A stretch of 64,000 nucleotides of DNA, from NCBI GenBank assembly GCA_017962565.1, contig JAGCVC010000020.1:161617-225616 (forward strand), read 5' to 3'. Origin of the DNA: Alphaproteobacteria bacterium (GTDB lineage Bacteria > Pseudomonadota > Alphaproteobacteria > CAAHEQ01 > UBA3637). Position numbers and translations under genes: made by a program. The notes below the pieces were generated by a model. That model searched no databases. It saw only the letters and a list, made by a program, of their open reading frames with translations, and had not been told where the DNA came from. Shown here piece after piece: positions 23,698 to 33,561 of the stretch (its first letter is position 1; each line of letters opens with the position of its first letter).

Positions 23698-26103
23698 ATG
23701 ATCAAAAACGAAGTTTCTTATAAGGATTTATACACATCTTGTTCTTTAAAATCTTTGGCTTTTAAAACAACAAAAGAAGTTGAAAATAATTCTGAAGTGA
23801 TTGGTCAGGAAAAAGCCATTGATGCCATCTTATTTGCTATGAATATGCCTGATGACGGATATAACGTTTTCTGTTTGGGATCGGAAGGAAACGGAAAGAA
23901 AAGTTTGGCCCTTCAATTACTAAAAAAAGAGGCCTTGACACGCAAAGCTCCGGATGATTGGTGCTACGTCAACAACTTTGATTTTTCTCATAAACCTCGC
24001 GCTATTCGTTTGCCAGCTGGAAAAGGAAAATCTTTTGCTAAAGACATTGAAAAGTTTATCAATGAAGCATTGAATATTTTACCGGGTATTTTTGAAGATA
24101 ACAATTACAACAAACAAGTCAGCATGATACAGGAACGCTTCAAAAATCAAAGAGAAGAATATTTTGAATCTTTGCAAGAGATTGCAAAAGGCAAGAAAAA
24201 TGTAGCTATTTTGCGTATGCCAACCGGCTTGGTTGTTGCCCCGACCCGCAATGGAGAAGTTTTAACACCCGAAACATTTGATAAATTACCAAAAGCAGTT
24301 CGCAAACGGGTATTGGATCAAATGAGTGAAACACAGGAACGCTTAAAAGAAGCAATTAAAGAAGTTCCTAAATGGGAAAAAGAAGAAAAGGAACAAATTA
24401 ACTTGCTCAATCAACAAATGACTCGCGATGCGGTCAAGGGTTTGGTGCAGGATTTGCTAAAAAAATATGCTGACATTCCTTCTGCAAAAGATTACATTGA
24501 AAGCATGGATAACGACATCATCGAAAATGTTACTTTGTTCTTAGATGAACAAACAGAGGAAGAAGATGCCCTGTCCACTTTCATCAAAAAGTCTAAAAAG
24601 AATTCATTGATTATGGACCGATATAAAGTTAATTTGTTGGTTCACCACAGCGCTCGTCAAAATGCTCCTGTTATTTACTTGGAACATCCTAATTTACCGA
24701 ATTTAGTCGGACGTATGGAACGTATGCAACACTTTGGAACATTAACTACAGACTTCAGCTTAATTAAACCGGGTGCTTTGCATTTAGCCAACGGTGGTTT
24801 TTTGATTATCGAAGCTAAAGATATTTGCGCACATCCGGCAGCTTGGGAAAGTTTAAAACGTGCTTTGAAAGCAAAAAAAATACACATTGAATCTGCCGAG
24901 GAAGAAGCCGGTGTCATCAGCACAACCACTTTGGAACCGGAACCAATTCCATTAGATATTAAAATCGTTTTGATTGGTGAACCAAATCTGTATTATGCAT
25001 TATCTGAACAAGATCCAGACTTCTTAAAATTGTTCAAAGTTGAAGCTAATTTTTATCCCAAAATCGATCGTGATGAAACTAATATAGAAAAATACATTTC
25101 CTTAATGGCAATGTTGGTACAAAAATATAAATTAAAAGCATTTTCCAAAAACGCATTGGAACGCTTAATTGAATACTCTTCCCGCGTCAGCGAAGATGCA
25201 ACAAAACTGACGACACGCTTGTCTTATATTTCCGATTTAATGAAGGAATCTGATTATTTTGCACGGATAGACAAAAGCCCACTTACAGAACGTCGTCACG
25301 TTGAAAACGCTATTCAAGCAAAAATAGAACGATCCAATAATTTACACAAACAAAGTTTAGAGTATATCAAAAACGGAACAATTATTATTAAAACTGCCGG
25401 TTCAGAAATCGGCCAAATCAATATTTTGGCTGTACAGGAATTTGGGCATATCTGTTTCGGTCGTCCAAGTCGTTTGACATGTCAAGTTTACTTAGGAAAC
25501 GGAAAAATTGTTGATATTGAACGGGAAGTTGAGTTGGGTGGCCCGTTACACACAAAAGGTGTTTTGATTTTATCTTCATTCCTTTCGTCTACATTTGGAC
25601 AAACTGAACCTCTTTCATTTAATGCCAGCTTAGCCATTGAGCAATCCTATGGCCCGATTGATGGAGATTCTGCATCATCAGCCGAACTGTATGCACTATT
25701 GTCTGCTTTGTCAAAACAGCCGATCAAACAAGGTATTGCTGTCACCGGTTCGGTCAATCAATTAGGGCAAGTCCAAGCCATCGGTGCAGTTAATGAAAAG
25801 ATTGAAGGTTTCTTTGATGTTTGCCAAATCAATGGATTGACAGGAGAGCAAGGCGTTATTATTCCGAAAACAAACTTACGTAACTTAATGTTGCGACAAG
25901 ATGTTGTTTCTGCGGTGGAAAAAGGATTATTCCATATCTATGCGGTCAGTTCCATCAGCGAAGGAATTGAAATCTTAACGGGTATACCTGCAGGTACGAT
26001 GAATAAAAAAGGTAATTATCCCAAAAACAGCATTTATGGCAAAGCAACAAAAGAATTGCACCGATTATTCAGAGCTTCTTGCAAGAAAAAAACAACCGAT
26101 TAG
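23698..26103 (+). CDS. Lon-like (S16) protease with AAA domain
   Basis: IGQEKA, DWCYVNNF, GALHLANGG, GDSAS catalytic Ser, NEKIEGF Lys. Confidence 0.9.
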   Translation: MIKNEVSYKDLYTSCSLKSLAFKTTKEVENNSEVIGQEKAIDAILFAMNMPDDGYNVFCLGSEGNGKKSLALQLLKKEALTRKAPDDWCYVNNFDFSHKPRAIRLPAGKGKSFAKDIEKFINEALNILPGIFEDNNYNKQVSMIQERFKNQREEYFESLQEIAKGKKNVAILRMPTGLVVAPTRNGEVLTPETFDKLPKAVRKRVLDQMSETQERLKEAIKEVPKWEKEEKEQINLLNQQMTRDAVKGLVQDLLKKYADIPSAKDYIESMDNDIIENVTLFLDEQTEEEDALSTFIKKSKKNSLIMDRYKVNLLVHHSARQNAPVIYLEHPNLPNLVGRMERMQHFGTLTTDFSLIKPGALHLANGGFLIIEAKDICAHPAAWESLKRALKAKKIHIESAEEEAGVISTTTLEPEPIPLDIKIVLIGEPNLYYALSEQDPDFLKLFKVEANFYPKIDRDETNIEKYISLMAMLVQKYKLKAFSKNALERLIEYSSRVSEDATKLTTRLSYISDLMKESDYFARIDKSPLTERRHVENAIQAKIERSNNLHKQSLEYIKNGTIIIKTAGSEIGQINILAVQEFGHICFGRPSRLTCQVYLGNGKIVDIEREVELGGPLHTKGVLILSSFLSSTFGQTEPLSFNASLAIEQSYGPIDGDSASSAELYALLSALSKQPIKQGIAVTGSVNQLGQVQAIGAVNEKIEGFFDVCQINGLTGEQGVIIPKTNLRNLMLRQDVVSAVEKGLFHIYAVSSISEGIEILTGIPAGTMNKKGNYPKNSIYGKATKELHRLFRASCKKKTTD

Positions 26104-27470
26104 TGACGTTGTTTTTGTTCTCTTAGCAACTCCTTTAAAGCCATTTTATCAAATCTTTGCTGTACTTCGATCTTCTTGCATAAAAGATCTTCCTGGATCA
26201 AAACATCTTTTACATTTTTTGCAAAAGAAGCCGTATCGCCGACTTTGTCAAAACAAACAACTTGTTCTACTAAGGGTCTGGCTAAATCGCTTGCTGCCCT
26301 TAAATGGCAACCCTCTCCATGAACAGGGAAATAAAATCGTGGATTCGTCCAGACGATAAGTCTTTCCATATCCGATCGTGTCGCATGTCCAGATATATGT
26401 GTTAAATTTTCTTTATCATTTCGAATAACCTTATGGCCTTGAGCTTCCAAAGCTTCAATCATCTGATGAATTTTTTCTCTTCTTCCGGGTATTTCACTGG
26501 CAGACATAATAATGCACGCAGTTTTTTCAATAAATCTTTCTTGCATTACCACTTTCATCAAAAACGATCCTGGCTCTGCTTGCGATCCACTTGTAATATA
26601 AAAACTGTTATTGGGAATAATCTCTTTCGCCATATCGATAGATCTGATGGGTAACATTTTCTTGTTAATAGCCGGAATTTGGTTAATTAGTAAACTTGTT
26701 CCGATAAAAGAAGGGTTTTTATTTGTGTATTTTTTGGCTAATCTACAAATAGAAGCTACTCTTTCCACATGTGTTGAAAATGTTGTAAAGATAAAACTTT
26801 TATATTTATTTTTATTTTTTAGGATAATCTTTTCCAAACCGTCATAAACTTGTTCTTCGGAGTACAAATCATCGCGTGTATTATTTATTCCAGTTGAATC
26901 TGCTACAAGTGCTAATAATCCTTCTCTGCCAATCTCGTGTAACCTTTTTTTTAAATCTTTATCTTCTCTATCAAAACGCCAGTCACCTGTGTGAAGGATA
27001 TTACCTTGCGGTGTTTTAATATAAATCATGGAAGCATCCGGCACGGAATGATCTACCGGCAAAAATTCAACACGAAAGTTCCGAATAGTTTCCGGACAAT
27101 ATCCTCCAACTTTATGAATTCTTTCACCTAAATTTGGAATATTCAAGCCTTCTACTCGAGCTCTTATACGAATATTCTCCGCAACAAACGGAGTGCAATA
27201 AACAGGGGTTTTCGGAAACTTCTGCAACAAATAAGTTAAACCACCAATGTGATCTTCATGGTTGTGCGTAATTAAAATGGCATCTAATTTTCCGATCTTT
27301 TCCAAAACATTATAATCAGGCATCAATCGAGTATTGACTAAATCCCTTTGTTCATCTTCAAAGAAAGCACCGGCATCAACAAGAATATTTGTGCCATCCA
27401 AACGATACAAATAACTTTGATTCCCAAATTCGTACAACCCACCCAAAGGTGTTAACTTTATCATTGACAT
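26100..27470 (-). CDS. Divergent RNase J-like beta-CASP nuclease (second copy)
   Basis: PLGG, THNHEDHIGG, HSVPD, HTGD, TGSQAEP, HISGH, PVHGE; lacks the RNase J C-terminal domain. Confidence 0.85.
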   Translation of the reverse strand: MSMIKLTPLGGLYEFGNQSYLYRLDGTNILVDAGAFFEDEQRDLVNTRLMPDYNVLEKIGKLDAILITHNHEDHIGGLTYLLQKFPKTPVYCTPFVAENIRIRARVEGLNIPNLGERIHKVGGYCPETIRNFRVEFLPVDHSVPDASMIYIKTPQGNILHTGDWRFDREDKDLKKRLHEIGREGLLALVADSTGINNTRDDLYSEEQVYDGLEKIILKNKNKYKSFIFTTFSTHVERVASICRLAKKYTNKNPSFIGTSLLINQIPAINKKMLPIRSIDMAKEIIPNNSFYITSGSQAEPGSFLMKVVMQERFIEKTACIIMSASEIPGRREKIHQMIEALEAQGHKVIRNDKENLTHISGHATRSDMERLIVWTNPRFYFPVHGEGCHLRAASDLARPLVEQVVCFDKVGDTASFAKNVKDVLIQEDLLCKKIEVQQRFDKMALKELLREQKQRH

Positions 27471-27517
27471 GTGTATATCTCCCGAAACAAGTGTCTGATT
27501 ATCTATTTAACACAGAG

Positions 27518-27546
27518 ATTATACAGTGATTCTATATTTTTGTCAA
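27518..27546 (-). promoter_or_regulatory. Perfect-consensus sigma70 promoter of the divergent RNase J
   Basis: Minus strand TTGACA-17 nt-TATAAT. Confidence 0.8.
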
Positions 27547-27554
27547 GTATTTTG

Positions 27555-28628
27555 TTATTTTTTATTTTTTTCTGTTTGAAGGGCTGTTTTTGTCTCGGAA
27601 GGCGCCTTAATTTCAGCTTTATTCTGTTTCTTTTTTTGTTTTATATCTACTTTATTTTTTTTAATATTACGCCATTCGTTTACACGTTCCTGATGGTCTT
27701 TATATGTTTCAGAAAAAGCGTGTCCGCCTTTACCATTAGCAACAAAGTATAAATCCTGAGTTTTATCCGGATGTAAGACCGCTTCAATGGATGCCCTTCC
27801 CGGGTTTGAAATTGCCCCCGGTGGTAATCCGTAAATTATATACGTATTGTAATCACTTTCTTTTTTTAAATCATTTGACCATAGTTTTCGTTTAAAGATT
27901 CCTGTCCCTTCCGATAATCCGTAAATAACTGTCGGATCAGATTGAAGACGCATTTTGCTTTTTAAACGGTTAAAGAAAACGGATGCAATATGGCTTCTTT
28001 CTGAATTAAAAGAAGTTTCTTTTTCTATAATTGAAGCCAAAATAATTACGTCTCTTTTATTTTTTAACAACAAATCTTTTTCCCTTTTGGGCCACAACTC
28101 TTCAATCGTACGGGTCATTGCATTCTGCATTCTTTTAATCAAACTCTCACGTGTATCACCCGCTGAATAATAGTAAGTTTCCGGCAACAGACTTCCTTCC
28201 TCCGGAATTTGCGTAATCTCTCCGGCCAAACTTTGAGTGTCATTTAACATTTGAACAATTTGATAGGAAGTCAATCCTTCAGGAATGGTTATGCGGCGAA
28301 TAAGTGTCTGCCCCCCCGTTATAATGTCCATTACCATCTTGGCACTGGCATGAGCAGGAATAGAATATTCGCCGGCTTTCAACTCGGAATCTTTTTGACT
28401 GACACGAACACCTAACACAAAAATAGCCGGACTTTCAATAACACCTTCTTGATGCAAATAGTTTGCTATTTTGCGCAATGGCTGACCTTTTTCAATTACA
28501 ACTTCTTTGCGCTGTGACAACGGTCCATCGGAAAGAAAAAATTCATACGTTGAAAAAACGCTACCACCAAAAATGCAAGCAGCAAAGAAAATTATAATCA
28601 TATAAAAAAAGACTGATTTTCTAATCAT
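27555..28628 (-). CDS. mltG: Endolytic transglycosylase MltG
   Basis: LKAGEY, TIPEG, ASIIEKET, LQSDPT, GLPPGAISNPG, LYFVA. Confidence 0.95.
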   Translation of the reverse strand: MIRKSVFFYMIIIFFAACIFGGSVFSTYEFFLSDGPLSQRKEVVIEKGQPLRKIANYLHQEGVIESPAIFVLGVRVSQKDSELKAGEYSIPAHASAKMVMDIITGGQTLIRRITIPEGLTSYQIVQMLNDTQSLAGEITQIPEEGSLLPETYYYSAGDTRESLIKRMQNAMTRTIEELWPKREKDLLLKNKRDVIILASIIEKETSFNSERSHIASVFFNRLKSKMRLQSDPTVIYGLSEGTGIFKRKLWSNDLKKESDYNTYIIYGLPPGAISNPGRASIEAVLHPDKTQDLYFVANGKGGHAFSETYKDHQERVNEWRNIKKNKVDIKQKKKQNKAEIKAPSETKTALQTEKNKK

Positions 28629-28778
28629 CAAAACCTCACAGGCACTCATACTATTCGATTTTTGTATTACAAGCAAGTTTTTTATAAAGAAGTTTATAAA
28701 TAAAATCCTTGCATTTCACGTAATCTTGTGATTAAATGGGCGCCAAAGTGGATATAAATTAGATGAAAGGAAAATAAA

Positions 28779-29975
28779 ATGGCAAATTTTAATACACTTG
28801 ATGACTTAGGCGATATCAAAGGTAAAGTTGTTTTTATTCGTGCGGATTTAAACGTTCCTGCAAAAGAAGGCGTTGTTTCCGATACAACACGAATCGATCG
28901 TTTCGCACCAACCTTAGTAACTTTAGCTGACAAAGGTGCAAAAGTGATTGTTACTTCTCACTTTGGTCGTCCGGACGGAGAAAAGAAACCGGAATTTTCA
29001 ATGGCTTTTATTGTTCCGGAATTGGAAAAAGCATCCGGCAAAAAAATTACATTTGTTGATGATTGCATTGGGCCAAAAGTAGATTCTGCCGTTGCCGCGA
29101 TGAAAGACGGTGATGTTATTATGTTAGAAAACTTGCGTTTCTATGACGGCGAAGAAAAAAACGATGCTGAATTCTGCAAAACATTAGCAAAAGGCGTTGA
29201 CATTTACGTCAATGATGCTTTTTCAACAGCACACCGTGCACATGCTTCAACAGCAGGTATGGCACAATACGTCCCTGTTCGTGTTGCCGGTCGCTTGATG
29301 CAAGCTGAATTGGAAGCATTGGATAAAGCGTTGGGAAATTCTGTTCATCCGGTTGCTGCTTTAGTCGGAGGTTCTAAAGTTTCTACAAAATTGGATTTAT
29401 TGGGCAATTTGGTCAAAAAAGTGGATTACTTATTAATCGGTGGCGGTATGGCACACACTTTCTTAGCTGCAAAAGGTATTCCGATGGGTGAAGGTTCTTT
29501 GGTTGAACCGGCTATGATTGAAACAGCAAAATCCATTATGGCAAATGCCGGTAACTGCACAATTGTTTTACCGACTGATTTAGTTTGGGCAAATGAATTC
29601 GGTGAAGGACAAGAACCGCACGTTGCTGACGTCAATGCTTTGCCTGCCGGCAAACCGTTATTGGATATCGGTCCAAAATCAACTCAATTATTTATCGATA
29701 CATTAAATAAATGCAAAACTTTGATTTGGAACGGACCTGTCGGTGCATTTGAAATCAAACCGTTTGATACAGCAACAAATGCAATTGCAGCTGCAGTTGT
29801 TGAATTGACAAAAGCCGGCAAGTTGATTTCCGTTGCCGGTGGCGGTGATACTGTTTCCGCATTGAAAAAAGCGGGAGCCAAAAAAAATTTGACTTATGTT
29901 TCCGCAGCCGGTGGTGCTTTCTTGGAATGGATGGAAGGCAAACAATTACCGGGTGTTAAAGTTTTGGAAAAATAA
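28779..29975 (+). CDS. pgk: Phosphoglycerate kinase
   Basis: RADLNVP, SHFGRP, NDAFSTAHRAHAS, GGGDT, AGGAFLE. Confidence 0.98.
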   Translation: MANFNTLDDLGDIKGKVVFIRADLNVPAKEGVVSDTTRIDRFAPTLVTLADKGAKVIVTSHFGRPDGEKKPEFSMAFIVPELEKASGKKITFVDDCIGPKVDSAVAAMKDGDVIMLENLRFYDGEEKNDAEFCKTLAKGVDIYVNDAFSTAHRAHASTAGMAQYVPVRVAGRLMQAELEALDKALGNSVHPVAALVGGSKVSTKLDLLGNLVKKVDYLLIGGGMAHTFLAAKGIPMGEGSLVEPAMIETAKSIMANAGNCTIVLPTDLVWANEFGEGQEPHVADVNALPAGKPLLDIGPKSTQLFIDTLNKCKTLIWNGPVGAFEIKPFDTATNAIAAAVVELTKAGKLISVAGGGDTVSALKKAGAKKNLTYVSAAGGAFLEWMEGKQLPGVKVLEK

Positions 29976-29993
29976 CAAACACTTTGAAAATTT

Positions 29994-30024
29994 AAAAATC
30001 CCCTGTTCATACGGGGGATTTTTT
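29994..30024. terminator. Bidirectional terminator between pgk and tRNA-Thr
   Basis: AAAAATCCCC/GGGGATTTTT inverted repeat. Confidence 0.75.
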
Positions 30025-30045
30025 ATTGAAAAAATTATATAAAAA

Positions 30046-30121
30046 TGGTGCCGGTTAGGAGATTCGAACGCCCGACCCACGCATTACGAATGCGTTGCTC
30101 TACCAGCTGAGCTAAACCGGC
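30046..30121 (-). tRNA. tRNA-Thr(CGT)
   Basis: Reverse complement GCCGGTTTAGCTCAG...TTCGTAA anticodon loop...TTCGAAT...ACCGGCACCA. Confidence 0.93.
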
Positions 30122-30168
30122 ACATGCCAAAGGTTATACATGAAAATAAAACAAAATGCAAGTCTTTT

Positions 30169-30954
30169 TTACGATTTTTGTTCTGGACGAATCAAAGATT
30201 TTAAGACACCATGCAACGTTTGAATTTCTTGTTTTGTTAAACCGGCTTTTAAAAAGATATTATCCAAATTTTGTTGCATTTTTGGACGCTTGTCAGTCAA
30301 ACGATAGTATCCCTTTTCTGTTAAGGCCAAATTCAGTTTGTCCAAAAACATCTGCACATCCGCTTTATCCGCCAACGGATTTTCGGGTGTCCTTGCAGCC
30401 TTTAATTGATCTTGGTTGATTGCCTGTAAACATTCGTAACCGACTAATAAAACGGCTTGTGATAGATTCAAAGAAGTGTGTTCCGGATTAAGCGGAATTG
30501 TCAACAAAGCATCAGCACATTCCAATTCTTCATTTTCCAAACCTGTACGTTCGCAACCGAACAAAACACCTATTTTTGAAAGGGGAATAGATGTATTTTG
30601 AAAAAAATCATGCAATTCAGATGCTTTAAAAACTGGTTTTGAAAGCCGCCGAGGACGAGCCGTTGTAGCCAAAATAAAATTTAAATCTGCGATTGCTTCC
30701 TTTAAAGTCGAAAAAACTTTTGCTTCTCGTAAAATCGGATCGGCACCGGAACTGGCTGCATAAGCTTTTTCATCAAAGGGCGATTCACGTGGATCAACAA
30801 CCCGCAAATCGTAAACTCCGCAATTCATCATAGCTCTTGCTGCCATACCGATATTTTCGGCCATTTGAGGACGAACTAAAATGAAAACGGGCAATGCTGA
30901 CATTTTACCTTTAAGTACTGTCAAATCCTTTTGCCGCTTTGCTTGATTTTTCAA
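30169..30954 (-). CDS. trmJ: SPOUT tRNA methyltransferase, TrmJ/LasT family
   Basis: ILVRPQMAENIGMAARAM, LFGCERTGL, SLNLSQAV; start uncertain. Confidence 0.9.
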   Translation of the reverse strand: MKNQAKRQKDLTVLKGKMSALPVFILVRPQMAENIGMAARAMMNCGVYDLRVVDPRESPFDEKAYAASSGADPILREAKVFSTLKEAIADLNFILATTARPRRLSKPVFKASELHDFFQNTSIPLSKIGVLFGCERTGLENEELECADALLTIPLNPEHTSLNLSQAVLLVGYECLQAINQDQLKAARTPENPLADKADVQMFLDKLNLALTEKGYYRLTDKRPKMQQNLDNIFLKAGLTKQEIQTLHGVLKSLIRPEQKS

Positions 30955-30956
30955 AA

Positions 30957-31709
30957 TTACTCCTTTTTAGAACGAGGAGCTCCGACACTGACATGGAGTA
31001 AAGCATTTTGTTCATCAACCTTTTCAATTTCCACGTTTTTGTCGGTATTTAAAACAGGAAATGTTTCAGCTTTTTCGTCTTCTTCCACACGTTGATGCTG
31101 TTCCAGTTTTGTTTGTTCCTTAAAAGCATCCATATATTCATCCATGCTTATACCATTTCTATCTTGGAATCTCTGCTCCATTTTTTCCTGGAGTTTTTTT
31201 GAATGTTCTTCTGACGGTTCATTTCTTTCGGAATAATAAGAAAGACGCGATGTCATATCAAAAATACTTTCCCGTGGATTTTCATTAATCTTTTTCTGCA
31301 AATCCTCCGGTTTTTCCTTGTAATCATCGAATTGAACCAATGCTTGATTTTCCAATTCTTCTAAGGCCTGTTCCTTTTCACTTTCTTTAGTGTAGGCTGC
31401 TTCCTTTATTTTTTTCTGTTGAACTTTTTCAACTGACTTTTGAATTCCATTCAAACGAGCATAATTCATTTTTGCAAAACGCGGATTATCCAAAATAGAA
31501 ATATGTTTGGTTGTTTTTGCCAACTGTTCCTTCGTATCTGTTTTTTCAATATTAGTGTCAAAATTGAACTTAGGAGCTTCCTTTGTTTCTTTAATTTCTT
31601 CTTTCACTTCCTTCTTAAAACTAACTGCTCCGGAAAGAGTGTCTTCCTGTGCAAAAGCACAGAATGAAAACAACGAAAGAAAGACAAAAACAATCCATCT
31701 TTTGTTCAT
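30957..31709 (-). CDS. Hypothetical secreted, highly charged protein
   Basis: Signal peptide ending AFA-Q; E/K-rich helical body. Confidence 0.65.
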   Translation of the reverse strand: MNKRWIVFVFLSLFSFCAFAQEDTLSGAVSFKKEVKEEIKETKEAPKFNFDTNIEKTDTKEQLAKTTKHISILDNPRFAKMNYARLNGIQKSVEKVQQKKIKEAAYTKESEKEQALEELENQALVQFDDYKEKPEDLQKKINENPRESIFDMTSRLSYYSERNEPSEEHSKKLQEKMEQRFQDRNGISMDEYMDAFKEQTKLEQHQRVEEDEKAETFPVLNTDKNVEIEKVDEQNALLHVSVGAPRSKKE

Positions 31710-31720
31710 AAAATCCCCCT

Positions 31721-32566
31721 TTATTTAGCTAAACAACGTTTTTTCTCACGCATAAAGTAAATTATTCCCATTGGAATCATAATTAAGTAAACAATTCCCA
31801 TGATACTGATAACAGCCCAAAAATCTTGGATTAAAAACCAAACCAAGACTGCAACAAAAGCAAGCATGCACAACTGAACAAAACCGCTTTTATCATTCAG
31901 TTTTGAAAAATGCAACTTTTTGAAACACGGTGTCGGAATACGTGATGCCATAAAAATAGCACTAAACAACATAAAGAATCCGACTAAGAAACGATTAGAT
32001 AAAAAGTCCGCACCCGTCCACAAATAAAAGACCAACGGGAACAAAGCGACATATGCGCCACCAGGAGCCGGCAAACCGGTGAAAAAATGCGTCCAATACG
32101 GTGGTTGTTTTGTATCCAACATTGTATTAAACCGTGCCAAACGCAATGCACAACATAAAGCCAAAAACAAAGCCAATATCCAAGGAACACCTATTGCTTC
32201 TTTTGCTTTATCACCCAATTTGACCGCATCTTCTACCATTGTCCAACGATAAAGTAAAAATCCCGGAGCGACACCGAAACTGACTAAATCAGATAAAGAA
32301 TCTAATTCTGCACCGAATTTGGAAGACACATTAAATAAACGTGCAACACGCCCATCCAATCCATCAAAAATAGCCGCTAACGCAATACAAATGACCGCCT
32401 TAGCCCAATCACCCCAAAAAGCAAACTGCAATGATGATAAGCCACTGGCCAATGCCGCCATTGTTACCATATTCGGGAACATCGGACGAATGTCAACTTC
32501 TTTTAAATCCGGCATAGGCATAGGAGCCAAACGCTTTTTAATTTGTTTTTTAAATTGTTTTTTCAT
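31721..32566 (-). CDS. pssA: CDP-diacylglycerol-serine O-phosphatidyltransferase
   Basis: DGLDGRVAR...GAELDSLSDLVSFG, LRLARFN; follows psd. Confidence 0.93.
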   Translation of the reverse strand: MKKQFKKQIKKRLAPMPMPDLKEVDIRPMFPNMVTMAALASGLSSLQFAFWGDWAKAVICIALAAIFDGLDGRVARLFNVSSKFGAELDSLSDLVSFGVAPGFLLYRWTMVEDAVKLGDKAKEAIGVPWILALFLALCCALRLARFNTMLDTKQPPYWTHFFTGLPAPGGAYVALFPLVFYLWTGADFLSNRFLVGFFMLFSAIFMASRIPTPCFKKLHFSKLNDKSGFVQLCMLAFVAVLVWFLIQDFWAVISIMGIVYLIMIPMGIIYFMREKKRCLAK

Positions 32567-32567
32567 A

Positions 32568-33308
32568 TTATTTTTCCTCCCCTTCAAGAGTATTTTGTGT
32601 TCCGTTTAAATCAGCCAAAATCGTCTCTCCTGCGACACTGATTTGTCCCAAAGCTACTTTAGGCTGAATCCCCTTTGGTAAAAAAACATCTAAGCGACTG
32701 CCAAAGCGAATCAATCCAAAACGATCTCCGGCTTGTAACTCATCACCTTCTTTAACAAAAGAAACAATTCTTCTGGCAATCAAACCGGCAATTTGAACAA
32801 ATCCGATTTTTGTACCATTAGCCATAATAACCGAATATTCTTCGCGTTCGTTATCTTCACTATCTTTGTCAGCAACATTCAAAAACTTTCCCGGTCGATA
32901 GTGAATTTTATGAATCTTTCCGGAAACCGGCATACGATTCACATGAACATTAAAAACACTCATAAAGATACTGATTCGAGTCAAAGGTTCTTCACCCATA
33001 TCAATTTCGGCGGGAGGAACAACTTCCTTTATATTGCTGATAATTCCATCAGCCGGAGCCAAAACCAACCCTTCCCCTTTTGGCACAACCCGTTTTGGAT
33101 TGCGGAAAAAGTAAAATGTAAAAATTGTTGCAAGCAATGCAAGAATAAAAAGCGGCGCGACTAATCCAACCGAACAAGTCATCAAAAACAACAATGCAGT
33201 CAAACCCGCAAAAATACCAACAAAGCGCAAACCTTCTTTATGCATAGGTGGAAACAAATATCTTTTCCAAGACAAATCTACTCTGGGATCTTCATTTTTT
33301 GAATTCAT
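32568..33308 (-). CDS. psd: Phosphatidylserine decarboxylase
   Basis: FFRNP, APADG, NVHVNR, RFGSR autocleavage motif. Confidence 0.95.
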   Translation of the reverse strand: MNSKNEDPRVDLSWKRYLFPPMHKEGLRFVGIFAGLTALLFLMTCSVGLVAPLFILALLATIFTFYFFRNPKRVVPKGEGLVLAPADGIISNIKEVVPPAEIDMGEEPLTRISIFMSVFNVHVNRMPVSGKIHKIHYRPGKFLNVADKDSEDNEREEYSVIMANGTKIGFVQIAGLIARRIVSFVKEGDELQAGDRFGLIRFGSRLDVFLPKGIQPKVALGQISVAGETILADLNGTQNTLEGEEK

Positions 33309-33451
33309 TTTTTCAACTCCTTTATTTAATGTTTTCTTTTAATCTAATCCAAAATAAAAAAAGAAGCAAAGTTTTTTTTGCAAAAAACATACAAAATCTT
33401 TCTTGTCAAAAATAAAGAACTATGATAAACTTAGGCAAAATTTTGGAATAA

Positions 33452-33527
33452 GTCCCTATCGTCTAGAGGCCTAGGACGCTGCCCTCTCACGGCAATAACC
33501 GGGGTTCGAATCCCCGTAGGGACGCCA
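33452..33527 (+). tRNA. tRNA-Glu(CTC)
   Basis: GTCCCTA acceptor stem, anticodon loop CTCTCAC, GGTTCGAATCC, encoded CCA. Confidence 0.93.
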
Positions 33528-33561
33528 CAAATTCTAAAATACATCGGCAGGAGATTTCATC

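Noticed and set aside
23698-26103. Non-canonical Walker A (GSEGNGKKS) in the Lon-like protease
   Set aside because: Degenerate ATPase motifs are usual in this Lon-like subfamily
30046-33527. Single stem mismatches in tRNA-Thr(CGT) (T-arm) and tRNA-Glu(CTC) (top of anticodon stem)
   Set aside because: One mismatch each is within normal tRNA variation; no sign of recoding or pseudogenisation
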